Shown here: positions 1 to 12,024 of the stretch, piece after piece
How positions within the stretch are numbered: the first letter of the stretch is position 1
How the letters are laid out: every line of letters begins with the position of its first letter
Position numbers and translations under genes: made by a program
Source: Convolutriloba macropyga
Lineage: Eukaryota
Reading direction: 5' to 3'
Assembly (NCBI RefSeq): GCF_964194025.1
Contig: NC_134477.1
Coordinates: 22,816,001-22,880,000 of the forward strand
Length of the DNA: 64,000 bases
The notes under the pieces: generated by a model
What the model was told of the DNA's origin: nothing
What the model saw: only the letters and a program-made list of their open reading frames with translations
Database searches by the model: none

Positions 1-1076
1 AGACTTGATTTAACAAATATACCAACTTCAACAGAAATTGATGATAACCCCGGAAACGAAAATCCATATACCGTACGGCGAGAGCGCCCGGAAAGACGAG
101 AACTCTTAAGAGCACGACGTCGATCCTCGCTATCATTCCAAACACAAGATTCAACACTCGTTTCATATGGTTCAACAGATATAGAATCTAACATAATCAG
201 ACCTATAGAAGTAGGAAACTCAGAACCACCAAGTAGAACAGGAACACCCACGTTACACAACTTTAGTTTAAGTTCACCAAGTGATCACTCAGGTAATAGT
301 ACAATCCCAACAACCAAACCATCTGAGATGAGAGCAAACCCCTTCCTACCGCCTACATTCTAACAAAGACAAGATTTCAACTTTGTTCAAGAACATTTTC
401 GAGCACAGCCATTACACTCACCCAATAGTTCTCTTTGGTCAGCAACATCACCACAACCTGCAAGTAGTAATAAAACACCACCAATATCAAACCAAACATC
501 ATCATCGAATACGCCGTTAAGCGTACCACAAGTTGAACCCAAAAACTCCTTACAACCACCAAGAAACACAGCTTTATCCCCATCATCCTTTATACCAGAA
601 ATAAGATTACCATCCAGCCATCCCGGTAGAACAAGATCAACACCAATACTTAACCCAAATCCACCTACTAAAAAGGACTAATGAACATACATATCTTTTC
701 CCACTAGATCATAAAACTTGTAACCCACCTCCACCATTATACGGAACCACTAATCTTGGTGATACACTTACTAATTGGTCACGGAGTAGACTAATAAACA
801 CATTAAATCTTACGCACCGACAACGTAACGCAGCACTTAACGTTTTATTAACACCATCTCTCGAACATAAATTTAACACAACAATTAAATACGATAAATG
901 TCTTTAATCATCCGTTCCACGCAACTACACCATCAATAGTAACAACCACACTTCCAGCACCGTTCATCTGCATTGACTTTATATACAAGTTTGACAGATA
1001 TACAAAACAAACATTAGGATTTGCAACATTCTACGATCCACACACTGTTCTGTCATACACATGTCGATTCAACTAA
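1..1076 (+). pseudogene. ORF4 C-terminal part in copy A
   Basis: Homologous to 17301-18380; same peptides (NPYTVRR, MRANPFLPP, FATFYDPHTVLSYTCRFN*) with stops and frameshifts. Confidence 0.55.
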
Positions 1077-4000
1077 AAGCTATTAATTTCATTTTATTAT
1101 TAATAATAATATACATAAATATGAAAGTAGAAACAAAAATACAATTAGAACAAAGACTAAAAACTGATGCTAGACAACGCATTAAAGACCGTATAAATGA
1201 AAGAATTGAAATAAAAACCAAACATTTCCAAAATAAAAACAAAACAAGAAATGAAATAGGTATCAGTAATTTACACACAACTAATCAACAAAAATACAAT
1301 AACCTTCAACACCATGTATTTAATAATAATAATAAAATAGAAGAACTCGACGACTTTAAAAACAGTTCAGACTACGAAGCCATGTGGGAAAAAGCCATAG
1401 ATAAATGGACACGAAATTGGAACTTCTACAGAGAACGATTGACCGATATTATATTAGAGAAATTTGGCATGGACAATAAAAGAAAAAAAACATAACCGAC
1501 TAACGTCGGGCGGATTGCTCTCAAACGACCGGCGAGCGGTTGGCTTGGTCAGTAGCTAGCCACGGGGGGGTGCACCGGAGGCTGATGGGGGCAGCACTGG
1601 GTGGGGGGGGGCAAAAGCGCGGTGGGGGGGGTGGTGGAGCCAATAGTGGGGGTGGGGGGTCAACAAAGGGGGGGGTGTCAACCTCTAAGAACCGCCCCTC
1701 ACACCATAAGTATAAGTATAAGTCTCCAAGACAGTTTGAGCTGAAACAGACCTGAAAGGCTCTAAGAGCACATAATGCCCGCTGGGCGCTACCTGTTTAT
1801 CCCGTTTTTGAGGACGAAAAGTCAAAAGCGTCAGACGAAAAATTGGTTAAGCGAAAAATCGCATAAAAAAAGACCGACAGGACTTTGTAGAACTAAAAAG
1901 CCAGAATGTTAATGGCTCTGCAACAGGACCACAAGAAATCTTCAATGAACACTACGATTGTGATGCAGAAGAATTTTTTAATGTTAAGTATTACGAATTA
2001 AACAAAATCAGCGCATGCAAATTCAAACCACTAGACTTAGGTTTGACAAAGACTGAAGTACAACTATTATCGAAAGCACAAGCAGTAGAAATAAAAACTT
2101 ACGCTGTGGCAGGAACAATTAAAGAACGCGTAGAATGGTGCTCACAACACACCGACTACATCCGAGCTAACAGACCAAGTTACTATGTCTCAGATGCACA
2201 AAGAACTAAAATAATAGATGCAGATGAAGTTCGTAACGAACTCGCTAGAATTAACCTCCTCAAAAACACAAGATACAAACCAACACGATATAACATTTCA
2301 TTCAATTACATAGCTAACCCATCACTTCAGAAACAGATCGAAGAAAAGCAAGGTAGAATACAATTTGACCTTGATACTCCTATGGTACCACCATACGGAC
2401 GAATAGTTTATGACTATACAAACCTAATGTGGATACCAAACGCAATTAAGAATGCACAATCAAACTGCATGAAAGGACCAAGAAAACAAAACAGAATAGA
2501 CATACTAGACTGGACATTAGAAATACGAGAAGTATCATTAATACTAAACTTAGACAACGAAGAAATGTCATATATGGGAACAAAATTACCGTGCGACCTC
2601 CGAAAAAGAGAATGTTTACCGACACCTTTCACAAAAGCAACAATAGTTTGGGAACCACAAACACATTGTCAATTATTTGAACTCATTAGATTTGATGCAT
2701 TTATGATAAAATACCAGGAGAGATATTGGATAGAAACAAATGCCGAATGGACAACAGTTCAAAAACTTGATAAAACACAGAAAATAGAAAAGAACAAAGC
2801 AGACACTATTGCCACCAGATTTGAAATCTACTCATTAGTAGAACGCGAATGCGGTTCGCTTCAACCAATACACAAAACAGAAAACGACGACATTTACATA
2901 ATCTACCAATACGGATTCGATATGCATACAGGACAAAAAGTAACAAGGAAAAAAGACAAATTTGAAAGAGAAAAATTTATACGGATTAACTCAAAACAAA
3001 TAACATCACAAACCACACGATTTGAAGACGAGGAAAACAAACAATACTAATATGGTTTTGTAAACCAAAACTCACACATGAACATAAAAATGGACCTTTA
3101 CATGAGTAACATATACTCGAGAATAAGTCTACAAGCAATGAAATTTTATTCGAAAATTTGTGATTAAACTAGAAACATTCGACAATAAACACTGACACAA
3201 GTACAAAAGAGCACACCACTCTTAGGATACATCCTAACTGGAGATAGATCAATCTTTGTTAATCAAGAAGGAGTAAATGTAATGAAAATGTACAAACGCG
3301 CGAAAAAATCATCACCCTTATATGTATCACAAACCCGCGAATGTTATGATAAAATGTCAATACTGTATAATAACAGAGTACAATATGTACATCAGCTAAC
3401 AAGACAAACATACTTATGGGCAAAGAAAGTCCAATGTTCACACAGCAACTTCGACCAACTGATCTCAATAGACACTGAAGGAACAGCAAGATATAGAGTA
3501 ACACCATATCCTGTAAAAGTAGAGACAGTATTGAACACTATATCACCAGAAGAAATAGTACTTGATAACATGTTCAGTAAATCAAGTTTAATAGAGAGTG
3601 GTATATACAGTGAAGAACAAATAATTCAAGAACGAAAACGAGATCTATTACACGAATACATGTGAGATCGCGAAAAACCATTACAAGAAGCAACCTCAGC
3701 AAACGCACAAAAATTGCTTGAACTTGAATAATTAGGACTATTACAAACTTACAAAAACTACGAACAATCACTAAAATGGTTAAGAGACCTGAACATAAAT
3801 GGATATAACTTCCAAATCAACCAAACCATTATTGACTGGAACAAAATCTTTTACGGAGCATGGCTTAAATAACAAATATTAACAATCTTTGGTTGGCCAC
3901 GGTACGTCTTAGAAAAAAAGGCAATAATCTACGCAATGATAAGCATGATACTATTTATCACAAATTTAATTATAAAATTCTACAACGCTTTTGCAATACA

Positions 4001-4847
4001 TAACGCAATTGGCAAACAAGCCAGTATAACAAAAATACTTCTTACAGGAAAATTCGGAATCTTTTCTCAAACATTAACACAACTAGTAGCTCAAATACAA
4101 GAAAAAGAAGAAAATAGCCACGACAGCGATGAAAACTATACACATTACGGAAATCAACCCAGAAAGAAGCATTCGTTTCGAAGACATTCCACAGACATAA
4201 CACATACAACAGATTATGCTGATAATGATAAACCTGAAGAAGTTTATGTGGATACAAACTACAAACATTATAACACAACAATTCGTAGAACAAAAAACGG
4301 ACTACAGTTAAGAACAACAAACTCATCTTCAAAGAAACAAAAACCACCATTACCAGAACGAAAATATAAACAAGAACCATTAAGAGTAGAACCACTGAAA
4401 ACAATATCAGAAAACAAACTACAAACACTGCCACCACAACTCATTACTCCACCTCCTGCATATCAATGCTCGGGAAATAATATATCATTCCCAACTACGC
4501 CTCTCAGTCAAAATACACCCCTTCCTAGTGCGCCTAACATACAACAACAACAAACTACATAATTTCAGAGACATCCATATGAACAACCACACAATATGAA
4601 CCAGTCAATATCGTATGAAATACCACAAACATCAAATGAATCTACAAATAAACAACATCTGACACCAACAGTAAAACTAATGGATATACAAAATCCACCT
4701 CCAATAGACTTTGACCAATTAAAAATAACGGCTAACAAAATGCATAACCGCAGCCATAGTTTAGACATATTAAAAAATGACGACAAACAACATACGAATG
4801 AAGTAACACATTTTAAAAACCATTCGACGGATACATACGAGGTTTAA
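1061..4847 (+). pseudogene. env: env-like class III (chuvirus/gB-like) fusion glycoprotein, copy A (premature stops, SINE-like insertion)
   Basis: N-terminal hydrophobic segment. Motifs YDC-x20-C, VQLL, WCSQH, LPCDLRKREC..TIVWEPQTHC, ECG..HKTE..IYI, CYDKMxILYNN..TR..KVQC and SGIYSEE. TM segment AIIYAMISMILFITNLII at about 3920-3975, then a long tail. Confidence 0.78.
1501..1872 (+). mobile_element. G-rich short interspersed repeat (SINE-like) inserted in env of copy A
   Basis: Absent from copy B. Homologous to 41302-41500 and about 40570-41066. A-rich 3' end; possible ACCGAC direct repeats at 1495-1500 and 1873-1878. Confidence 0.7.
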
Positions 4848-5334
4848 CAACAACCCCGTAGTACAAGAACAAATAACATTGTTCCATTTACTATGTAATA
4901 CACCTTTTTTCGATATTATAATGAATTTTTCCTACCCCTCCCTTTATAACTCCTCCTTTCACTTTATAATTTCAGTTTCATACCTACCAACCTATTTCAT
5001 CGATTTCTTTTTTTCATTTTCTTCATTCTTCACCTTCATACTTCACTAATACATGTAGATTTCACATAACTCTTATAACAATAACATATACATGTATGCT
5101 TAGTAATAATATGTAAAAACACACTAACCGTTGAATAACGTTCAATCGACATCCATTCATACTGATATAACAATACTTTCTTGGTAATAATAGTAACTGG
5201 GAATTCTGATGGGAAATAGTCATAACGACATCACATAACAATAACATAACATATAACAACCATAAAAACAAATGTAAGAATAATAACATAGGTAATGATC
5301 AAGAATATGTACTCAACAGTTACAATTTCAGCAA

Positions 5335-6756
5335 ATGGCTTCCAGAATGGACTACGAAATCGAATCACCTTACAAGACAGACTCTCCACTAAGCTCTGAT
5401 GTGGAAGAATGAGAGCTCAGCCCTGGTTCTGGACGATCAAGCCCAGGGACAATACGTAACAACGCATCCGACTGCAGTACACAAACGGATGACCGTTTTG
5501 ATCGCCCACAGGACAAAGTAACAACCATGAGAATCGAAATGGAAAATGCAACATTGGAACAAGAGACACAGACAAACCAACGTACACCACAAGAGATAGC
5601 AAACCTCATATCGGAAAAACTTCATAAAGCCCGACAGTCGGATACCCGATGAAATCTAGATTCTTTTCGTAACAAAACAAATGAACAAGCTACAAGCACT
5701 AATACACATAGCTACTAGAACAATAGGCCGAATAACAAAACTCAGATTGAAACATGTGTATCTCCACCCTTACCAAACTATCCACCACCAGTACGACCAC
5801 CCCCACCTGATGATTACACAACAGAAAACAATAGTATACAAAACAGTGTTCAACAACGCTGGATTGTAAGTAATCCGCATCACATTAGACCGAACAACCT
5901 CCGGTTTCCTTACGCAGTTACACCGAGAAGTAACAATAGGAAATCTTTTTTCCACCATTCTACAAATGACCAACCCCACAACAACTGTTATGGAAACAAT
6001 TTGGTTTCAAGAAAAAGACCCAAGAACCCTCAGCAATCCACACAGTAGTAATTATAATACTTTATTATCTTACCGTAACTGGTCTGAAATGCCGTTCGAT
6101 TCTCGAGATTATAACTTTGTTAAAACACCACAGCATAATTTAAAAGATCGCGTCTCGGAGTACTTCCCGCCTCTACCATCCGAGAATAATAACACTGTAA
6201 AACGTAGCACTAAGAATATGGGGAGAGATAAACTCCATCAGACAACATACCCCATCTTAAAACAATTCTATAGTCTAACAGAACGCTTTATGTATGATTA
6301 GGACTACGAGTTTAAGGTACCAGTAATTTGTACATTTGACTACCTTGTCGCAAAGGCATCCCAAGACCTTTCGGCTTACAGCGTGTTCGAACATCAAATT
6401 TTTCAATTAAGCGTCAACTTCCTACATCCAACACCGAAGGATGTTCAAAACAACAATTATCGGTTACACGAAACAAAGTTGATTCATAACTTGATATATT
6501 ATACGTTCCCACGAGATAAAAAGATTAACACTACTAAGAGTTAAATTCTTATTAACGACCAATTAACATCACCGTATTCCTTAAACTACGGATATAAACT
6601 AAAATGGGACTATACTATCGGGACTTTACGTAATTTTGACCCTATTAAAAATTATTACATTTTTCAACCCAAGGAAGCACCGGAACGACCACTAATTGTA
6701 CCAATCGAAGCGCTTGAACCGTGTGAAGAATATCACACTTACCACTTAGAAGGCAG
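5335..6756 (+). pseudogene. ORF6 of copy A, 5' part (first duplicate)
   Basis: MASRMDYEIESP start at 5335; truncated by B's LTR at 6757. Confidence 0.7.
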
Positions 6757-7154
6757 TAAGACGTGTTCTGAGCTTACCTTCTTATAGGCTACTTCTGGAA
6801 CTGTCTTATGGTTGTCTCAAGAATATAGGATACTCTTAAGGCTTACCTGACTAACTAAAGTTCAAGATCGCTAGTCTGTTACTCTTTTATCTGAGCTTCA
6901 GTAGACAGTGCACGGGCCCCAATGCTAAAGTCTAACGTATATCTCATAACTAAACAAGAGCGGAGTAGAGAGAAAGAAATATACTTTATTATTATATCAG
7001 GTCTGTGACTAGTACCGACTAACGGGATAAGTGAAAAAGGGGTAAAGGGAAAACATTCAAGGAAAAGTATTTTCCCTTTTTCAACCAATCAGGGTTGAGT
7101 ATTTCAGTCTTTATTTTATTTAAATAAATAAAGTCCTCAAGTCTTTTGTTGGAA
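6757..7154 (-). repeat. Duplicated copy of B's 3' LTR (part of the 3.76-kb tandem duplication)
   Basis: Same sequence and same GCAG junction as 10521-10918, offset 3764 bp. Confidence 0.9.
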
Positions 7155-9098
7155 AGGTTCGCCTGATATTTCTTAAAGGTTCGCCTGATACGACACATTG
7201 ATATTCAACCTTCCAAATAATTCCTTTGGTAATTATAATTCCTTTGGTAATTATAACTCCTTTGGGAATTATATCATATTAGTTGTTAATAGATGTACTG
7301 TTGTTAGTTGTTACTATAGAAGGATGCATGTTTATACATGCGATAGTTTCTTGTTTTTATTTACATGTTTAAGAATGATGTTATAATTGTGATTGTTATG
7401 TTTTACGATACATGAGAGATCGCGAAAAACCATTACAAGAAGCAACATCAGCAAACGCACAAAAATTGCTAGAACTTGAACAACTAGGACTACTACAAAC
7501 TTACAAAAACTACGAACAATCACTCAAATGGTTAAAAGACCTGAACATAAAGGGATATAACTTCCAAATCAACCAAACCATTATTGACTGGAACAAAATC
7601 TTTTACGGAGCATGGCTTAAATAACAAATATTAACAATCTTTGGTTGGCCACGGTACGTCTTAGAAAAAAAGGCAAAAAGGCAATAATCTACGCAATGAT
7701 AAGCATGATACTATTTATCACAAATTTAATTATAAAATTCTACAACGCTTTTGCAATACATAACGCAATTGGCAAACAAGCCAGTATAACAAAAAATACT
7801 TCTTACAGGAAAATTCGGAATCTTTTCTCAAACATTAACACAACTAGTAGCTCAAATACAAGAAAAAGAAGAAAATAGCCACGACAGCGATGAAAATTAT
7901 ACACATTACGGAAATCAACCCAGAAAGAAGCATTCGTTTCGAAGACATTCCACAGACATAACACATACAACAGATTATGCTGATAATGATAAACCTGAAG
8001 AAGTTTATGTGGATAGAAACTACAAACATTATAACACAACAATTCGTAGAACAAAAAACGGACTACAGTTAAGAACAACAAACTCATCTTCAAAGAAACA
8101 AAAACCACCATTACCAGAACGAAAATATAAACAAGAACCATTAAGAGTAGAACCACTGAAAACAATATCAGAAAACAAACTACAAACACTGCCACCACAA
8201 CTCATTACTCCACCTGCTGCATATCAATGCTCGGGAAATAATATATCATTCCCAACTACGCCTCTCAGTCACAATACACCCCTTCCTAGTGCGCCTAACA
8301 TACAACAACAACAACAAACTACATAATTTCAGTGACATCCATATGAACAACCACACAATATGAACCAGTCAATATCGTATGAAATACCACAAACATCAAA
8401 TGAATCTACAAATAAACAACATCTGACACCAACAGTAAAACTAATGGATATACAAAATCCACCTCCAATAGATTTTGACCAATTAAAAATAACGGCTAAC
8501 AAAATGCATAACCGCAGCCATAGTTTAGACATATTAAAAAACGACGACAAACAACATACGAATGAAGTAACACATTTTAAAAACCATTCGACGGATACTT
8601 ACGAGGTTTAACAACAACCCCGTAGTACAAGAACAAATAACATTGTTCAATTTACTATGTAATACACCTTTTTTCGATATTATAATGAATTTTTCCTACC
8701 CCTCCCTTTATAACTCCTCCTTTCACTTTATAATTTCAGTTTCATACCTACCAACCTATTTCATCGATTTCTTTTTTTCATTTTCTTCATTCTTCACCTT
8801 CATACTTCACTAATACATGTAGATTTCACATAACTCTTATAACAATAACATATACATGTATGCTTAGTAATAATATGTAAAAACACACTAACCGTTGAAT
8901 AACGTTCAATCGACATCCATTCATACTGATATAACAATACTTTCTTGGTAATAATAGTAACTGGGAATTCTGATGGGAAATAGTCATAACGACATCACAT
9001 AACAATAACATAACATATAACAACCATAAAAACAAATGTAAGAATAATAACATAGGTAATAATCAAGAATATGTACTCAACAGTTACAATTTTAGCAA

Positions 9099-10520
9099 AT
9101 GGCTTCCAGAATGGACTACGAAATCGAATCACCTTACAAGACAGACTCTCCACTAAGCTCTGATGTGGAAGAAGGAGAGCTCAGCCCTGGTTCTGGACGA
9201 TCAAGCCCAGGGACAATACGTGACAACGCATCCGACTGCAGTACACAAACGGATGACCGTTTTGATCGCCCACAGGACAGAGTAACAACCATGAGAATCG
9301 AAATGGAAAATGCAACATTGGAACAAGAGACACAGACAAACCAACGTACACCACAAGAGATAGCAAACCTCATATCGGAAAAACTTCATAAAGCCCGACA
9401 GTCGGATACCCGATGAAATCTAGATTCTTTTCGTAACAAAACAATTGAACAAGCTACAAGCACTAATACACATAGCTACTAGAACAATAGGCCGAATAAC
9501 AAAACTCAGAATGAAACATGTGTATCTCCACCCTTACCAAACTATCCACCACCAGTACGACCACCCCCACCTGATGATTACACAACAGAAAACAATAGTA
9601 TACAAAACAGTGTTCAACAACGCTGGATTGTAAGTAATCCACATCACATTAGACCGAACAACCTCCGGTTTCCTTACGCAGTTACACCGAGAAGTAACAA
9701 TAGGAAATCTTTTTTCCACCATTCTACAAATGACCAACCCCACAACAACTGTTATGGAAACAATTTGGTTTCAAGAAAAAGACCCAAGTACCCTCAGCAA
9801 TACACACAGTAGTAATTATAATACTTTATTATCTTACCGTAACTGGTCTGAAATGCCGTTCGATTCTCGAGATTATAACTTTGTTAAAACACCACTGCAT
9901 AATTTAAAAGATCGCGTCTCGGAGTACTTCCCGCCTCTACCATCCGAGAATAATAACACTGTAAAACGTAGCAGTAAGAATATGGGGAGAGATAAACTCC
10001 ATCAGACAACATACCCCATCTTAAAACAATTCTATAGTCTAACAGAACGCTTTATGTATGATTAGGACTACGAGTTTAAGGTACCAGTAATTTGTACATT
10101 TGACTACCTTGTCGCAAAGGCATCCCAAGACCTTTCGGCTTACAGCGTGTTCGAACATCAAATTTTTCAATTAAGCGTCAACTTCCTACATCCAACACCG
10201 AAGGATGTTCAAAACAACAATTATCGGTTACACGAAACAAAGTTGATTCATAACTTGATATATTATACGTTCCCACGAGATAAAAAGATTAACACTACTA
10301 AGAGTTACATTCTTATTAACGACCAATTAACATCACCGTATTCCTTAAACTACGGATATAAACTAAAATGGGACTATACTATCGGGACTTTACGTAATTT
10401 TGACCCCATTAAGAATTATTACATTTTTCAACCCAAGGAAGCACCGGAACGACCACTAATAGTAGCAATCGAAGCACTTGAACCGTGTGAAGAATATCAC
10501 ACTTACCACTTAGAAGGCAG
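9099..10520 (+). pseudogene. ORF6 of copy A, 5' part (second duplicate)
   Basis: ORFs 9099-9416, 9730-10065 and 10147-10551; truncated by B's LTR at 10521. Confidence 0.7.
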
Positions 10521-10918
10521 TAAGACGTGTTCTGAGCTTACCTTCTTATAGGCTACTTCTGGAACTGTCTTATGGTTGTCTCAAGAATATAGGATACTCT
10601 TAAGGCTTACCTGACTAACTAAAGTTCTAGATCGCTAGTCTGTTACTCTTTTATCTGAGCTTCAGTAGACAGTGCACGGGCCCCAATGCTAAAGTCTAAC
10701 GTATATCTCATAACTAAACAAGAGCGGAGTAGAGAGAAAGAAATATACTTTATTATTATATCAGGTCTATGACTAGTACCGACTAACGGGATAAGTGAAA
10801 AAGGGGTAAAGGGAAGACATGCAAGGAAAAGTATTTTCCCTTTTTCAACCAATCAGGGTTGAGTATTTCAGTCTTTATTTTATTTAAATAAATAAAGTCC
10901 TCAAGTCTTTTGTTGGAA
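10521..10918 (-). repeat. 3' LTR of copy B, missing its first ~16 nt
   Basis: Matches 31369-31774, then breaks at an internal deletion junction (about 10919). Confidence 0.9.
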
Positions 10919-12024
10919 AGGTTCGCCTGATACTTCTTAAAGGTTCGCCTGATACGACACATTGATATTCAACCTTCCAAATATTTCCTTTGGTAATTAT
11001 AATTCCTTTGGTAATTATAACTCCTTTGGGAATTATATCATATTAGTTGTTAATAGATGTACTGTTGTTAGTTGTTACTATAGAAGGATGCATGTTTATA
11101 CATGCGATAGTTTCTTATTTTTATTTACATGTTTAAGAATGATGTTATAATTGTGATTGTTATGTTTTACGATAATCAGTTTATTAAGTGATAAACTGAG
11201 TTATGGATGTGTCAAAATTTTGTTATTCGAATTTTTCGAATTTGTAATATACCTATGTATCGGTTTGTTAGAAACTTACCATTTTGTGATTTAGTTTTAT
11301 CGGATTTGGTTATAAAATACACTTCATACATGTTGTTATTGTGAATACCAATCTTTGAGCTAATGTTATAGAGTAATGTTATTACTGAAAATGGTAGAAT
11401 TGTCATGTCATGACTCAATCTATTGAATAACTATGTACACGTTATGTGTTGAATTTATTGTGCATGTCTGTTACATATAACCTATAGTGTGTTATTATAC
11501 ACTGTGTTGTGCATATTACGTTTGTTACGCTTGTTTATATCTCTTCCTCTTGTTCATACTACAAAATACAAGTTATTTTTTGGTCTTTTCTTTATTTACA
11601 AAAGTGCATATATCTAACTATGGAAAATCTTTGCATATGTACATGTATAGTTCTATCAGCTAAGAATAGGGTAGATAAATACTTAGAAAAGTGAAAAATT
11701 GAGTTCTATCTAAAGTTTATTCTACATCAAGTGCTATACCAGTTGCTATATCTATCAGTAATTATAAGTGATATAAACTGGTGTACAATTGTAGAGGATG
11801 GTACAAATGTAGAGGATTGTACAAAGTTAATGGATGGTTATCTAGACAAATAGATTAGAACTATACCAAATAGTTTGTTCAAACAGTTGGAGTATAATTT
11901 GGTACTGCAATAAGGGTAAAACACATGTGCAGAGAGGCATTCATAGTGGGATACTAATTGTTCAAATTTATTCAATCTACAGTGTTTGGATTTCGACATT
12001 GTTACTTGTTCTCAGTTTGTGTCG

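Larger units (their letters stand above)
3659..11174 (+). repeat. Tandem duplication of about 3.76 kb (3659-7410 and 7411-11174) spanning the A/B junction
   Basis: Near-identical copies with shared stop codons. ATA microhomology at the junction (7408-7410). Confidence 0.93.

Noticed and set aside
1540-1755. Gly-rich 71-aa ORF (also the Pro-rich ORFs at 40496-40848)
   Set aside because: Translation artefacts of the G-tract repeat.
1735-1845. Hammerhead ribozyme in the SINE-like repeat (GGACGAAA present)
   Set aside because: No CUGAnGA core in any of the three copies.
4042-4437. Hydrophobic antisense ORFs across the retroelements (e.g. 4042-4437, 14562-14870, 21965-22162)
   Set aside because: Expected from the T/G-rich antisense strand of an A/C-skewed element; no motifs.
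7216-7272. 18-bp triplication (NSFGNY x3 ORF), also at about 10985-11036
   Set aside because: Local slippage in B's 3' UTR on the antisense strand; single copy in A.
6757-10918. An independent 4-kb LTR element between the two left LTRs
   Set aside because: Explained by the tandem duplication: identical GCAG junctions, no PBS and no separate TSD.
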